Positions 25,107 to 37,739 of a DNA stretch of 64,000 bases are shown one piece after another. The notes beneath the pieces are model-generated. The model was not told where the DNA came from and made no database searches. It was given only the letters and a program-made list of their open reading frames with translations. The stretch is from the NCBI GenBank assembly GCA_002269645.1, contig NIVC01000393.1, positions 310,001 to 374,000 of the forward strand, in the 5' to 3' direction. Position 1 is the first letter of the stretch. The number at the start of each line of letters is the position of its first letter. A program made the position numbers and the translations under genes. Source of the DNA: Macrostomum lignano (taxonomy: Eukaryota).

Positions 25107-25768
25107 GCTGTTTTTGCACAGCAGGCTGCCCAGTGTCCCTGAATCCAGCCCAGTCAGCAGCCAATTTCCCAAGATGTCGCAGTCAGTCGGCAGCTGTTCG
25201 AATCCCATGCAGTTTTTTTTTTCAAATTTCGTTCGCAAAACATTTTGAGTCGAATATTTTATCGCCGTCGGATGTTTTTGCTACCCCCGTCGATGGCAAC
25301 AGATTCTGTCGCTATTGAGGCACGGATGCGAGACACGTAAAAATCCCTGATCCCAAATTTTCCCCATTCCTGACAGGCGGGCAGCGGTCGCTTCGATACA
25401 GTGCCGGCTGGAGCCTCGGGGAGGAAAAAGATGGAAATTTGATTTCCAACCGCCAGATGGGATGTCAAGCCGCAGACAGGGGGAAAATTATCCTCACTAA
25501 CTATATACGCATTGCTTGTTTCCGCGAAATAGCTTTCTTCCTTGCTGGCGAGCGCATAAATGCCGAAGCGCCTTCCGTGGCAACTGTGAAAAAGCAGAAA
25601 TTAAGGCTGTGCAGAATCTGCGAACATCTTCGAAGATTTGAAGATTCGAAAATTTTCTTCTTTTAGCTAGCAGGCAATGCCTGCCGGTTCTCACGCTTGT
25701 CTGGGAAGCAGGGACTGCTAAAAATACGAGTCAGTGGACTGGAAGGCGGGATACCGTCATTTGACTGT

Positions 25769-25815
25769 GGGTTAGGGTTGGGGTTAGGGTTAGGGTTAGG
25801 GTTAGGGTTAGGGTT
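25769..25815 (+). repeat. Interstitial telomeric repeat (TTAGGG)n, about 7 units
   Basis: GGGTTAGGGTTGGGGTTAGGGTTAGGGTTAGGGTTAGGGTTAGGGTT. Confidence 0.9.
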
Positions 25816-26055
25816 GTTTTAAATTAAAATTAAATGTTTTAAATCCCTCCTTATTTTAAATTCTTGCTTCAAGTTTCCAATCCACCGACGCTATCTCCAG
25901 GAGTCCCTGTCTGAAGGCTCCGGTCTCTGATTGGCTGCCTGCCTGAGTGGTTGGCTCTCCAAAGATTTGCAGTTTCTGAATAAAAGAAATCAGCCCACGG
26001 CCCAGGCAGCTGCCACCCACCCTGTGAGCTCTGCTTTCACCAGAACTCTACAGCC

Positions 26056-26122
26056 ATGCCTAACCAAGAGAACTTCAGCTACGAGGACACAAGTCCGCAA
26101 GATGTTCCCGAGTTCCAGCTGG
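26056..26122 (+). CDS. Galanin/allatostatin-A-like GPCR, predicted coding exon 1 (MPNQENFSYEDTSPQDVPEFQL)
   Basis: ATG in GCCATG context and a perfect GTGAGT donor at 26123. Phase 1 matches the phase-1 acceptor at 30374, and the exon adds an N-glycosylation sequon (NFS). Confidence 0.65.
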
Positions 26123-26409
26123 GTGAGTCCGGTGGCAAGTCTCAATAATTGCACTTTTCTCTGCTCTAGATCATCTGGATGACTTGAATAATAGAAATGC
26201 CTGTCAAATCTATCTATGTGCATGCGGGCACACTGCCAACTAAATTCACAGTGATTAAAACTCGGATTGCTGGTTTCGGCTTAGTGCGCGTGTACTTTCT
26301 ATTTTTGTGTTGGATTGATGGCGTTTAAATAATTCATTAATTTCACCATTCTTGGGGTCCAAGTGGGTCAGGGGCTGCCACTTTTCGTGACATGGAGAAA
26401 TTTGACTCA

Positions 26410-28082
26410 GCACTCCCCTGACACCGGGATGGGATCGGGCACTCTGATGACACTGAGATTGCGCACTCTTTTGACACTGGGATTGGGCACTCTGTTGACA
26501 CTGGAATTGGGTACTCTGTTGACACTGGGATTGGGCACTCTGGTGACACTGGGATTGGGAACTCCCCTGACACTGGGATTGGGCACTCTGTTGACACTGG
26601 GGTTGGGTACTCTGTTGACACTGGGATTGGGTACTCTGTTGACACTGGGATTGGGCACTCTGGTGACACTGGGATTGGGAACTCCCCTGACACTGGGATT
26701 GGGCACTCTGTTGACACTGGGGTTGGGCACTCTGTTGACACTGAGATTGGGCACTCTGTTGACACTGGGATTGGGCACTCTGGTGACACTGAGATTGGGC
26801 ACTCTGGTGACACTGAGATTGGGGCACTCGGTTGACACTGGGATTGGACACTCTGGTGACACTGGGATTGGACACTCTGGTGACACTGAGATTGGGCACT
26901 CTGGTGACACTGGGATTGGACACTCTGGTGACACTGGGATTGGGCTCTCTGGTGACACTGGGATTGGACACTCTGGTGACACTGAGATTGGGCACTCTGG
27001 TGACACTGGGATAGGGCACTCTGTTGACACTGGGATTGGGCACTCTGTTGAAACTGAGATTGGGCACTCTGTTGACACTGGGATTGGACACTCTGGTTAC
27101 ACTGAGATTGGGCACTCGGTTGACACTGGGATTGGGAACTCCCCTGACACTGAGATTGGGCACTCTGGTGACACTGGGATTGGACACTCTGGTGACACTG
27201 GGATTGGGCTCTCTGGTGACACTGGGATTGGACACTCTGGTGACACTGAGATTGGGCACTCTGGTGACACTGGGATTGGACACTCTGGTGACACTGGGAT
27301 TGGACACTCTGGTGACACTGAGATTGGGCACTCTGGTGACACTGGGATAGGGCACTCTGGTGACACTGGGATTGGACACTCTGGTGACACTGAGATTGCG
27401 CACTCTTTTGACACTGGGATTGGACACTCTGGTGACACTGGGATTGGGCTCTCTGGTGACACTGGGATTGGACACTCTGGTGACACTGAGATTGGGCACT
27501 CGGTTGACACTGGGATTGGACACTCTGGTGACACTGGGATTGGACACTCTGGTGACACTGAGATTGGGCACTCTGGTGACACTGGGATTGGACACTCTGG
27601 TGACACTGGGATTGGGCTCTCTGGTGACACTGGGATTGGACACTCTGGTGACACTGGGATTGGGCTCTCTGGTGACACTGGGATTGGACACTCTGGTGAC
27701 ACTGAGATTGGGCACTCTGGTGACACTGGGATAGGGCACTCTGTTGACACTGGGATTGGACACTCTGGTGACACTGAGATTGCGCACTCTTTTGACACTG
27801 GGATTGGACACTCTGGTGACACTGGGATTGGGCTCTCTGGTGACACTGGGATTGGACACTCTGGTGACACTGAGATTGGGCACTCGGTTGACACTGGGAT
27901 TGGGCACTCTGGTGACACTGGGATTGGGCACTCTGCTGACCCTGAGATTGGGCACTCTGGCGACACTGGGATTGGACACTGTTGACACTGAGATTGGGCA
28001 CTCTGTTGACACTGGGATTGGGCACTCTGGTGACACTGAGATTGGGCACTCTGTTGACACTGGGATTGGGCACTCTGGTGAC
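26410..28082. repeat. 24-bp minisatellite GACACTGGGATTGGGCACTCTGGT, about 70 copies (in GPCR intron 1)
   Basis: Direct periodicity; source of the 500-600-aa pseudo-ORFs. Confidence 0.96.
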
Positions 28083-29146
28083 AGGAATCGGGTTTGCCCT
28101 AATTGGCACTGGAACTGGGCACTCTCTTTAACACCAGGAACAGAAATTAAGCACTTCCCCACAACTGTCAAAGCTTGTACTTCCCACGGAGGAAGCGGCC
28201 ATCTGGGTCAGGCAAAAGGCCATGCTGCATCATAGGAAGCAGACGACAGGACCCCAGCAGAGATCTCGGAGGTCGATAAAAAGGCAGAGCAGGCCATGTT
28301 AGTTACCAGAACCCAGCAGAGAAATGCTGCTCAGAATCTGCTTCACTCTTCTCTGTCCCCTCCGTCTCCCGCTTCCCTCAACCCCAAACGTCTGTCTGTA
28401 TCAGGAAACCAGAGGTCTGGGCTGCAATCCACTCTACATACTATTATAGTTCCGTGAATCTGGAAAAGTACCCCCCTCCCCTAAACGTTAATCGGACATC
28501 TTGCACTTGAAAAACTTCTTCCAAAAGAAAAAGATTTTTAAGGAAAAACATTAAGTAAAATAAAGAATAAGAACGCAGCGCCGCCCACGCGAAGACTTCC
28601 ACCCCATGGAAGAGGCGCGAGAGGCGGTGTACATGCCAGCTCGCGGCTCTTGAGGCTGTTGAGAGGGACATTGGGCAGCAGCAGGGAAGAGAAGAACTGG
28701 GGTTGGAGACAGAGCTTAGGCCACTGCTCTGCAACTGCTGCATTGCTAGTAGCATTAGTCGCAGACACAGGAAGACACAGACTGGGCTTAACTGAAGTGT
28801 TTAACTTTCCTTAAGCTTGCATTGTTGCTTTGCTGATGGGAAATGATGAAATTTTGTTCTTCAGCCAGTAGGCAGCAGTGAGCCTGGCTGAGCAAATACT
28901 GCATGGGCTGTAGGGAGCTGCAGAGCAGCAGGAGTTCATTAGGGATGCGCCAAGCTTTTTGTACCGTCCTCTTTATTCCCTGTGTAGTCTCAGTCATCGA
29001 TTGGCACCGTGCTGGAGAAAGCCCAGCGTTGGGTTCTTTCTTGATGCACACAGTGGCAGAATAGAATTGATAGAATAGAATAAATTAGCGTAGAGAGTAG
29101 AGTTTGATTAAAGCAGCATAGATGAGAATAATATATGATAGACTTC

Positions 29147-29353
29147 CAGTGACACTACAGACAGTCTCAGTGACACTACAGACAGTCTCAGTGACACTAC
29201 AGACAGTCTCAGTGACACTACAGACAGTCTCAGTGACACTACAGACAGTCTCAGTGACACTACAGACAGTCTCAGTGACACTACAGACAGTCTCAGTGAC
29301 ACTACAGACAGTCTCAGTGACACTACAGACAGTCTCAGTGACACTACAGACAG
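29147..29353. repeat. 21-bp minisatellite CAGTGACACTACAGACAGTCT, about 10 copies
   Basis: Direct reading. Confidence 0.95.
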
Positions 29354-29889
29354 CTCACGTATATTTATGCCTTGGGATCTCAACCCCTACCACTCGTAAT
29401 CTAGCTCTTTCCCTCTATCTGTGCCTCCATATTTCTGTCTGAGATTACCGTAGTTGCCCTCAAGACACACCGAGTCTGCCGCTTGAGTTCAGACAATTTC
29501 GCACCGATGCCGCCTCAGGGCTTCAGCCGCTCCCCCTCTGTCGGCTAATTATCCTGCGAGATCCTTGACCTTCAATTCAAGTAGGCCCCAGTCTGCATGC
29601 AGTTGAAAATAAATGTTAATGGATTCGAATATTCGCGAGTGCGAGCACCAATTACATCCCGCGCATCGATTCTCGGAGTTAATCCCCATTCTCAAAGTAG
29701 GGGATTAGAACGAATTTCAGTAAAAAGGGGGGTTTTTTAAACTAGCAGACACGCATTTCTGTTTTGACAGTTTTCTAGCACGAATGCACTCGGAACTGCT
29801 TTGAAGATCAAAAAACCTCTGTTTGAGTCTAATGTTTTGGCTATATAAAGATACGAATTCACTTACTGCCAGGGCAAAATGGAAGCTTT

Positions 29890-30245
29890 AGATCAGGGAA
29901 TTACGATCAGAAAATAGGGATCAGAAAATGGGATTAGGGAATCAGAAATAGGAGATCAGAAAATGGGATCAGGAAATGGGGATCAGGAAACGGGGATCAG
30001 GAAATGGGGATCAGAAAATGGGATCAGGAAATGGGGATCAGAAAATGGGATCAGGAAATGGGGATCAGAAAATGGGGATCAGGAAACGGGGATCAGAAAA
30101 TGGGGATCAGGAAATGGGGATCAGAAAATGGGGATCAGGAAATGGGGATCAGAAAATGGGGATCAGAAAATGGGGATCAGGAAATGGGGATCAGGAAACG
30201 GGGATCAGAAAATGAGGATCAGGAAACGGGGATCAGAAAATCGGG
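29890..30245. repeat. 14-15-bp minisatellite GGGGATCAG(G/A)AAAT
   Basis: Direct reading. Confidence 0.9.
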
Positions 30246-30374
30246 ATCTACGAAAAGGTCTGCGAAAAAGAACTAAGATGCCAAGGCGCAAGTAGTGTAA
30301 ATCTACAAGATTTTTTATGATGCAACTCAAGCTTTTTACCATGCTCCTGGCAATTCTATGATGTACTCTTCCAG

Positions 30375-30784
30375 TCTGCGGCAGCAACCTGTCAGGCGTG
30401 TCCGATATGCACCCGGCTCTCGGCCAGCGGGTTTTCACGATCGTCTGCTACTTGCTTATCTTTCTGGTCGGCCTCATCGGGAACAGCCTGGTGCTGCTGG
30501 TCAGCATTCGCGCTAAGCACTATCGCAGGTCTACCGTGCACGCGTACATCCTGCACCTGGCCGTGGCCGACATGCTGTTCCTCCTGTTCTGCGTGCCCGT
30601 GCACACCATCGTCTACGTCTTCGACGCCTACTGGCCGCTTGGCGACTTCGGCTGCCGCTTGGTGCACTTCGTGCAGTACCTCAACATGCAGGCGTCCGCC
30701 TCCTTTCTCGTTGCCATGTCGCTCGATCGGTACCTGGCCATCTCCGACCCCATGAGCAACCGACGACGAAGGGCCAATGCTCAG
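30375..30784 (+). CDS. Rhodopsin-class neuropeptide GPCR (galanin/allatostatin-A receptor-like), exon 2 (TM1-TM3, DRY)
   Basis: GLIGNSLV, LAVADMLF, WPLGDFGC and MSLDRYLAI motifs; acceptor TCTTCCAG| at 30374 and donor CAG|GTGAGA at 30785. Confidence 0.93.
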
Positions 30785-30889
30785 GTGAGAGCTTCAAATG
30801 ATTAACTCGTACTCTTTTTTGACTATCAGCTACCTGTGCCATAAATTTAACATTCCGGTGAACTCATCACGTGCGAAGTTATTAATTGT

Positions 30890-31300
30890 GTCTCTGTGAC
30901 GCCATCGAAAAAAATCATCGATAGATTGTTTCCTGTGGCGTCATTTAGACATCGTGGATCGGATTGCATGCTTCTTGTGACGTCAATTGAGACATTGTAG
31001 AAGGATGGATTTTTCGTGACGTCACGATCGTTTTTGACAAACGATCGTACGTGATGTCACGGAGATCGTTCGTTTTTGTGACGTCATAGAGACATCGTAG
31101 ATTGATCGTTTTTGTGACATCATTGAGACATCGTAGATCGATCGTTTCTGTGACGTCATTGAGACATCGTCGATCGATTGTCTCACTGCGTCGTTATCGC
31201 TTAGTACTCAATTGTCTTAGTCATCAGCCCTTAGAGTGACGTTCTCGATTATCCTTATATCCAGGCTCATAAAGTTAATTTCCTGAAGTGACGTCACAAA
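30890..31300. promoter_or_regulatory. Degenerate tandem repeat carrying five perfect CRE palindromes (TGACGTCA) plus near-matches, in GPCR intron 2
   Basis: TGACGTCA at 30978, 31017, 31079, 31151 and 31289; variants TGACGCCA, TGGCGTCA, TGATGTCA, TGACATCA. Confidence 0.45.
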
Positions 31301-31385
31301 TTGGTTTTAAAACGACGTCTTTCAAGTTCTAATCCTTTCGCAGCTTGTAGAATTGAGTCATTTATGGAAATTAATTTCATTCTAG

Positions 31386-32174
31386 GCGGTGGCGGCCTCT
31401 CTGTGGCTGATATCCGGCCTCATCTCCCTGCCCTGGTTCCTCACCTACCAGCAAGAGACTGCCGGCGGTGAGAAGATCTGCAGCTACAAAATCATCGACG
31501 AACGGCTGAAGCTGACGCTGTTCATTGGCCGGGCCCTGCTGGGCTACGTCATTCCCCTGCTGCTCATCGGCTACTTCTCCGGCAGCATGCTGTACCGGCT
31601 GTGGATCTTTCGCCGGCCGGAATCCAGCACGCAGACGCTGCGCACCAAACGGAAGGTGACGATCCTAGTAGTGACCCTGGTGGCCTCCTTCCTGGCCTGC
31701 TGGCTGCCGTTCCATTTCGTCGATCTGGCCAGCGTCCTGTTCCCCTGCTTGCTGCTGGGTCAGCCGCCCGACGCCGACAGCATCTCGATGTACCTGTCCA
31801 TATCGCAGTGCTGCCTGATCCTCGGCTACGTGAGCTCTTGCGTCAATCCGATCATCTACAACTTCCTGTCCGAGAATTTCCGTCGCGGATTCCGTCAGGT
31901 CCTGTCGCGTCTCTGCCGCAGGCGCGTCCGAAACAGTCAGCAGGTCGCCCTGCCGATGATCCACCTGGGCGAGGCGCGGCACCAGCGGCTGACCAACACG
32001 CTGCGCACGCACCAGCCACCAACCGGCAACAACAGCATGAAGAGGAGCAGCAAGGATCGCAGCGGCAGCAGCAGCGGCACGAAGCGCAATAACAATTTTG
32101 TGGGATTCCAGCGAGTGAACTGCAGCACGGTGGGCTCGACTCAGGCCGGGAGCAGTCAGACCCCGACACCGTGA
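31386..32174 (+). CDS. Same GPCR, exon 3 (TM4-TM7 and C-tail)
   Basis: Acceptor TTCATTCTAG| in phase 0; GYVIPL, FLACWLPFH and SCVNPIIYNFLSENFRRGF, closely resembling the galanin-receptor NPIIYAFLSENFR. Confidence 0.95.
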   Translation, partial: AVAASLWLISGLISLPWFLTYQQETAGGEKICSYKIIDERLKLTLFIGRALLGYVIPLLLIGYFSGSMLYRLWIFRRPESSTQTLRTKRKVTILVVTLVASFLACWLPFHFVDLASVLFPCLLLGQPPDADSISMYLSISQCCLILGYVSSCVNPIIYNFLSENFRRGFRQVLSRLCRRRVRNSQQVALPMIHLGEARHQRLTNTLRTHQPPTGNNSMKRSSKDRSGSSSGTKRNNNFVGFQRVNCSTVGSTQAGSSQTPTP

Positions 32175-32914
32175 GCTACGGAACGGAGGTGAAATATTGG
32201 GAATTCAACACCAGTTTGACTGGCCGTTGTCCGACACTAATTAAAGTTTTGTTTTCGAAAAGAATAAAAAAATTACATTAGATGTTTTTATGCATGTTGT
32301 TTTTCACACCTGATGAGAAGTCAATGAATACTCGAAATACTGTACATGAGTAGATATTTTACTGCAGTATTCTGCCACTCTCTGTCTCATTTTTGCCATT
32401 ATGCAGCATCGAAACGGTTGCGAGTTTCTTTGACCAGAAGCGCGTTTTTGTTCGCAATATAACTTTTGACCAGTTTACGAGCTAACACTGCGTTTGCGTT
32501 GGCACAGATGTTATTTAGATTTTTGACTGTACAAGTAGCTTTTGTCTTGTGCCACTCTGTGTACAAACGTCATGTTTGTTAGCTGGTAGAAAAATCGCTA
32601 AGATTACTAATTTAGTTTGATGTGAATTGCTATAATTTCGTGAATTTTTTGTCCTTGTCCCTGTTAGCTACCACAAATATTATTCACTTTGCGTAGATTT
32701 TTATTGAGCAGTCAACGAAAACAATAAGAAACTGCTTGCTTATAATTGTTGTTCGTGTTGCAAAGCTTTGACGTTTAGAACTGGACAACAGCAAAGTAGC
32801 AAAATAAATTTTGTGTCTCAGTTGCGAAATTAAAACGGGAGCTTTGGATCGTGAAAATTGTTGACTTCTGGAGTATTAATGCCGCTTTGGACTGCCGTTA
32901 GTAACTCTTCAGCG

Positions 32915-32974
32915 AACTAGCTAAGAAACTAACTCACTAACTAACTAACTAACTAACTCACTAACTAACTAACT

Positions 32975-33005
<31 letters not shown>

Positions 33006-33006
33006 C

Positions 33007-33042
<36 letters not shown>

Positions 33043-33105
33043 CTAACTAACTAACTAAAAAACTAACTCACTAACTAACTAACTAACTAACTCACTAACT
33101 AACTC

Positions 33106-33148
<43 letters not shown>

Positions 33149-33293
33149 CACTAACTAACTCACTAACTAACTCACTAACTCACTAACTAACTAACTAACT
33201 CACTAACTAACTAACTCACTAACTAACTAACTCACTAACTAACTAACTAACTCACTAACTAACTAACTCACTAACTAACTCACAACCTCACTA
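32915..33293. repeat. (CTAA)n microsatellite with CTCA variants
   Basis: Direct reading. Confidence 0.95.
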
Positions 33294-34576
33294 ACGAAAT
33301 AATTAATCGAATGGCTGCCCAACGAAGTAACTAACACAAATAAAAGTAAAAAACGAAGTACCCAGCTACTTTACTTGTATTGTACTTTGTCCTTTTAGTG
33401 ACCTTAATTCCGGAACCCGCCGGGAAGAGCCCGTGCGCAGTCGTGCAGAAGCGGCACTTAGTGATGCAACTTGTAAGACGTCAAAGCGAGCTCCGCCCTG
33501 TGCTGTGTAAATAGCTGACAAAGCTTTGAATTTTGACACGGGTCAAGCGGAAACAAAGCAGTTCGCCCGAGTGCAACAGACCTAGCAGGCTAATAAGTAA
33601 GTGACTGAATTTTGGGGAAAATTTCGGAAATTGTTTCGGAAGCCACATGGAGAACGGCAGCTACACAAGTCCATGGGTAGAAGGACACAAGTCCGGGACA
33701 GGATTAACACTAGTGCAGCATTAGCCGCAGCAACAATAACAAAACAAGCTAATCAGGATTAACAGAAAAATAACAAGTCCAGGCGAGTGCCGTGCAGGTG
33801 AATGCACACCTGCGGCTGAGCCAGACAAGCGTGTCTACATGGGAGATACCGAACTCCCCATGAGAATAATGATAAGATAATTAGAGATTCTTTATACAGA
33901 ATTCTGTATTAGGTCGAGTCCAACAATAAGTTGAGACCTTTCTAAGAAAGCCGATCTACAGATAATTCTCAGAAAATTATTCAGAGATGCTTTTTTAAAG
34001 TAAGAAAACTTAAAGACGATTCTTAGAAAGTTGAAGTTGTAGAAATGATCCTAGCTCGTATAAAGTCTGTTTTGGAGCATTAGAAAATGATTCTTAGAAA
34101 GCAAACTTAAAAATAATTCCTAGGCGACTATGACAAGCCATTTTCAGGTTTTCGACATGATTCTTAGAAATCAATTTACAATTTACAAACTTGAAGGCTA
34201 AAGGACACTACAGGAAAGGAAAGGATTCTACAGGAAAGGATTCTAAGAATCTAACAAAAGTCTCCATTTCAACCATTACGAACGAGAGCTAAAGAATACT
34301 TTCGACCAGATATTTAAAAGCAAATTTCTAGGAAATTCAAAGCGATTTAGTTTCAAACAATCGGATTTGAACCTCTTCGCTGAAAATAAAAAATCCTGGA
34401 AAAGAAATCGAATACTGCTGAAACGGCACGGGTCTTACGAGCCAAAAACACAATCAAAGCATCCCCACTGACCACAGTTCCTGATTATAAATAAAATCAA
34501 AATGACGCAGTCAGCAATGGTCTGCACTGGCTTGATGCATGAGACCGGTTCACTGGTGCTTAATGGCGCAGAAATG

Positions 34577-35798
34577 CGGCGCCAGATCACTAACCTACAA
34601 CCTAGCTACAGCGCCAGTTCACTAAACTTCAACCTAGCTCCGGCGCCAGATCACTAAAATACAACCTAGCTACAGCGCCAGATCACTAAACTACAACCTA
34701 GCTACAGCGCCAGATCACTAAACTACAACCTAGCTACAGCGCCAGATCACTAAACTACAACCTAGCTACAGCGCCAGATCACTAAACTACAACCTAGCTA
34801 CAGCGCCAGTTCACAACAGCTCCGGCGCAAGATCACTAAACTACAACCTAGCTACAGCGCCAGTTCACAACAGCTCCGGCGCAAGATCACTAAACTACAA
34901 CCTAGCTACAGCGCCAGTTCACAACAGCTCCGGCGCCAGATCAATAAACTACAACCTAGCTACAGCGCCAGATCACAACAGCTCCGGCGCCAGATCAATA
35001 AACTACAACCTAGCTACAGCGCCAGATCACAACAGCTCCGGCGCCAGATCACTAAACTACAACCTAGCTACAGCGCCAGATCACTAAAATACAACCTAGC
35101 TACAGCGCCAGATCACAACAGCTCCGGCGCCAGATCACTAAACTACAACCTAGCTACAGCGCCAGTTCACAACAGCTCCGGCGCCAGATCACTAAACTAC
35201 AACCTAGCTACAGCGCCAGATCACAACAGCTCCGGCGCCAGATCAATAAACTACAACCTAGCTACAGCGCCAGATCACAACAGCTCCGGCGCCAGATCAC
35301 TAAACTACAACCCAGCTCCGGCGCCAGATCACTAAACTACAATCTAGTTCCGGCGCCAGATCACTTAACTACAATCTAGCTGCGGCGCCAGATCACTAAA
35401 CTACAATCTAGCTGCGGCGCCAGATCACTAAACTACAATCTAGCTGCGGCGCCAGATCACTAAACTACAATCTAGCTGCGGCGCCAGATCACTTAACTAC
35501 AACCTAGCTGCGGCGCCAGATCACTAAACTACAACCTGCGGCGCCAGATCACTAAACTACAACCTAGCTCCGGCGCCAGATCACTAAACTACAACCTAGC
35601 TCCGGCGCCAGATCACTAAACTACAATCTAGCTGCGGCGCCAGATCACTTAACTACAACCTAGCTGCGGCGCCAGATCACTAAACTACAACCTGCGGCGC
35701 CAGATCACTAAACTACAATCTAGCTGCGGCGCCAGATCACTAAACTACAATCTAGCTCCGGCGCCAGATCACTAAACTACAATCTAGCTGCGGCGCCA
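34577..35798. repeat. About 32-bp minisatellite GCGCCAGATCACTAAACTACAACCTAGCTACA with shorter 21-22-bp variant units
   Basis: Direct periodicity. Confidence 0.93.
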
Positions 35799-36284
35799 AA
35801 GTGAGTGCTTCGTTCGAGCGGATCTCAAAACTTTTAGCGTACGACTTGTAGCTTTGCATTCAGTTTTTGTTAATAAAGACTGCGGCCCCACAGCAAGGTA
35901 AAGCTCGTGTTTTACTAAGGAAGCATACACTGTCATTAACTGCAAGACCTATAGCTGCTGTAGATGCATAGGCCAGATATCGTCTATCCGGCAATTACCT
36001 CAGCAGCCAGCATGCGTCTCATGCAGCTCTGAAGTCAAACCAGCTGACTTTAGCAGACAGCAAGCACATGAGTTCTGTAGCCTATTAATCTTATTTTTCA
36101 TTCTTGCGCACGAGAATTGATTTCAGTCTGTCTCTACAGGATTACTTGTATTCCTATTACGGAATTAAAAGTGCTTACGATGGCTATAAGCTGCTAGAGG
36201 AATGTCAGAGATCTTTGACTTGAAAATGACTCCCTGCGTGTCAGTGTTAAGAGTGCTATTATCAGGGATTCTGTTATATTATAC

Positions 36285-37080
36285 AGAGGATAGAGGGCCA
36301 TTCTGCAAGTGAATACAGACTGATTTTCCATGTGGATAGATGGCCATTCTGCATGTGAATACAGACTGATTTTCCATGTGGATAGATGGCCATTCTGCAT
36401 GTGAATACAGACTGATTTTCCATGTGGATAGATGGCCATTCTGCAAGTGAATACAGACTGATTTTCCATGTGGATAGATGGCCATTCTGCAAGTGAATAC
36501 AGACTGATTTTCCATGTGGATAGATGGCCATTCTGCATGTGGATAGATGGCCATTCTGCATGTGGATAGATGGCCATTCTGCATGTGGATAGATGGCCAT
36601 TCTGCATGTGGATAGATGGCCATTCTGCATGTGGATAGATGGCCATTCTGCATGTGGATAGATGGCCATTCTGCATGTGGATAGAAGGCCATTCTGCATG
36701 TGGATAGATGGCCATTCTGCATGTGGATAGATGGCCATTTATCATGTGGATAGATGGCCATTCTGCATGTGAATAGAAGGCCATTCTGCATGTGGATAGA
36801 AGGCCATTCTGCATGTGGATAGATGGCCATTCTGCATGTGGATAGATGGCCATTCTCCATGTGGATAGATGGCCATTCTGCATGTGGATAGAAGGCCATT
36901 CTGCATGTGGATAGATGGCCATTCTGCATGTGGATAGAAGGCCATTCTGCATGTGGATAGAAGGCCATTCTGCATGTGGATATATGGCCATTCTGCATGT
37001 GGATAGATGGCCATTCTACATGTGGATAGAAGGCCATTCTGCATGTGGATAGATGGCCATTCTGCATGTGGATAGAGGGC
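36285..37080. repeat. 23-bp minisatellite TGGATAGATGGCCATTCTGCATG (46-bp dimer variant at the 5' end)
   Basis: Direct periodicity; 23-aa repeat in the ORF track. Confidence 0.95.
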
Positions 37081-37739
37081 CACTCTGAATGTGACAAATT
37101 CTTGATGTATGTTCATGTGGATACCTCGTACTGCAGTTACGAGGTAAAGCCTAATTATCAGGTGAAAGCCTGCGGCAACCCCACACCAGCAATTCTTGGC
37201 GGCATTCTAAATGGAATTGACCCCACAAGCACTGCAATTATAATTCTTGACAGGCATTTGGGCACTTTACAGGCAATTAAATTTGCAGACTATAGAATTG
37301 AGGTAAAGAACATCTGGGTGAACTTCAGTGGGAAACAATGCACCTTGACAGGTAACAAAGATGGCAGGAAGGATCCTGGATGCTACACAATGGATCCACA
37401 TCCAGGGGCTATTATTTTTAATAGTGACGTGAGTCGGAAGTCGGTAGATTTTTTTAAACTGCAGACCCAATCCCTTTCATTGGCTCCTTTGTACTTAGCT
37501 GAACTTTGTACCCACCCGATAACCGCCAAACAAAGTAGAGTTTCAGGCCTTTGAAGTGTGGTGAGTGAGTCAATCTGAGATCTGCTGGCTGTCCAGCTAA
37601 CAGGGCATTTTCGTAATTAACTGCATGGGACGGCCTTGCGATTACGATAGTGATGACGTAAGCCATGCTCAGTGACTAGGCTTAAAGAGCTATCGAATAC
37701 ATTTTCTAGACTCGATTACTGAAGAGAGCCACGTGGACT

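Noticed and set aside
25141-25222. GTTCGAATCCC B-box followed by a T-run, tRNA/SINE-like
   Set aside because: The A-box is poor and I could not build a cloverleaf; too weak to call.
26255-28235. 540-638-aa ORFs on both strands
   Set aside because: The 24-bp unit is a multiple of 3 and is open in several frames at once; no unique domain; lies in GPCR intron 1.
28085-29051. Short ORFs possibly from a LINE remnant
   Set aside because: No RT or endonuclease motif could be identified.
30392-32169. Antisense and alternative-frame ORFs over the GPCR, ADAR, Syncrip and Gypsy exons
   Set aside because: Shadow ORFs expected in GC-rich coding DNA; the conserved frame explains the sequence.
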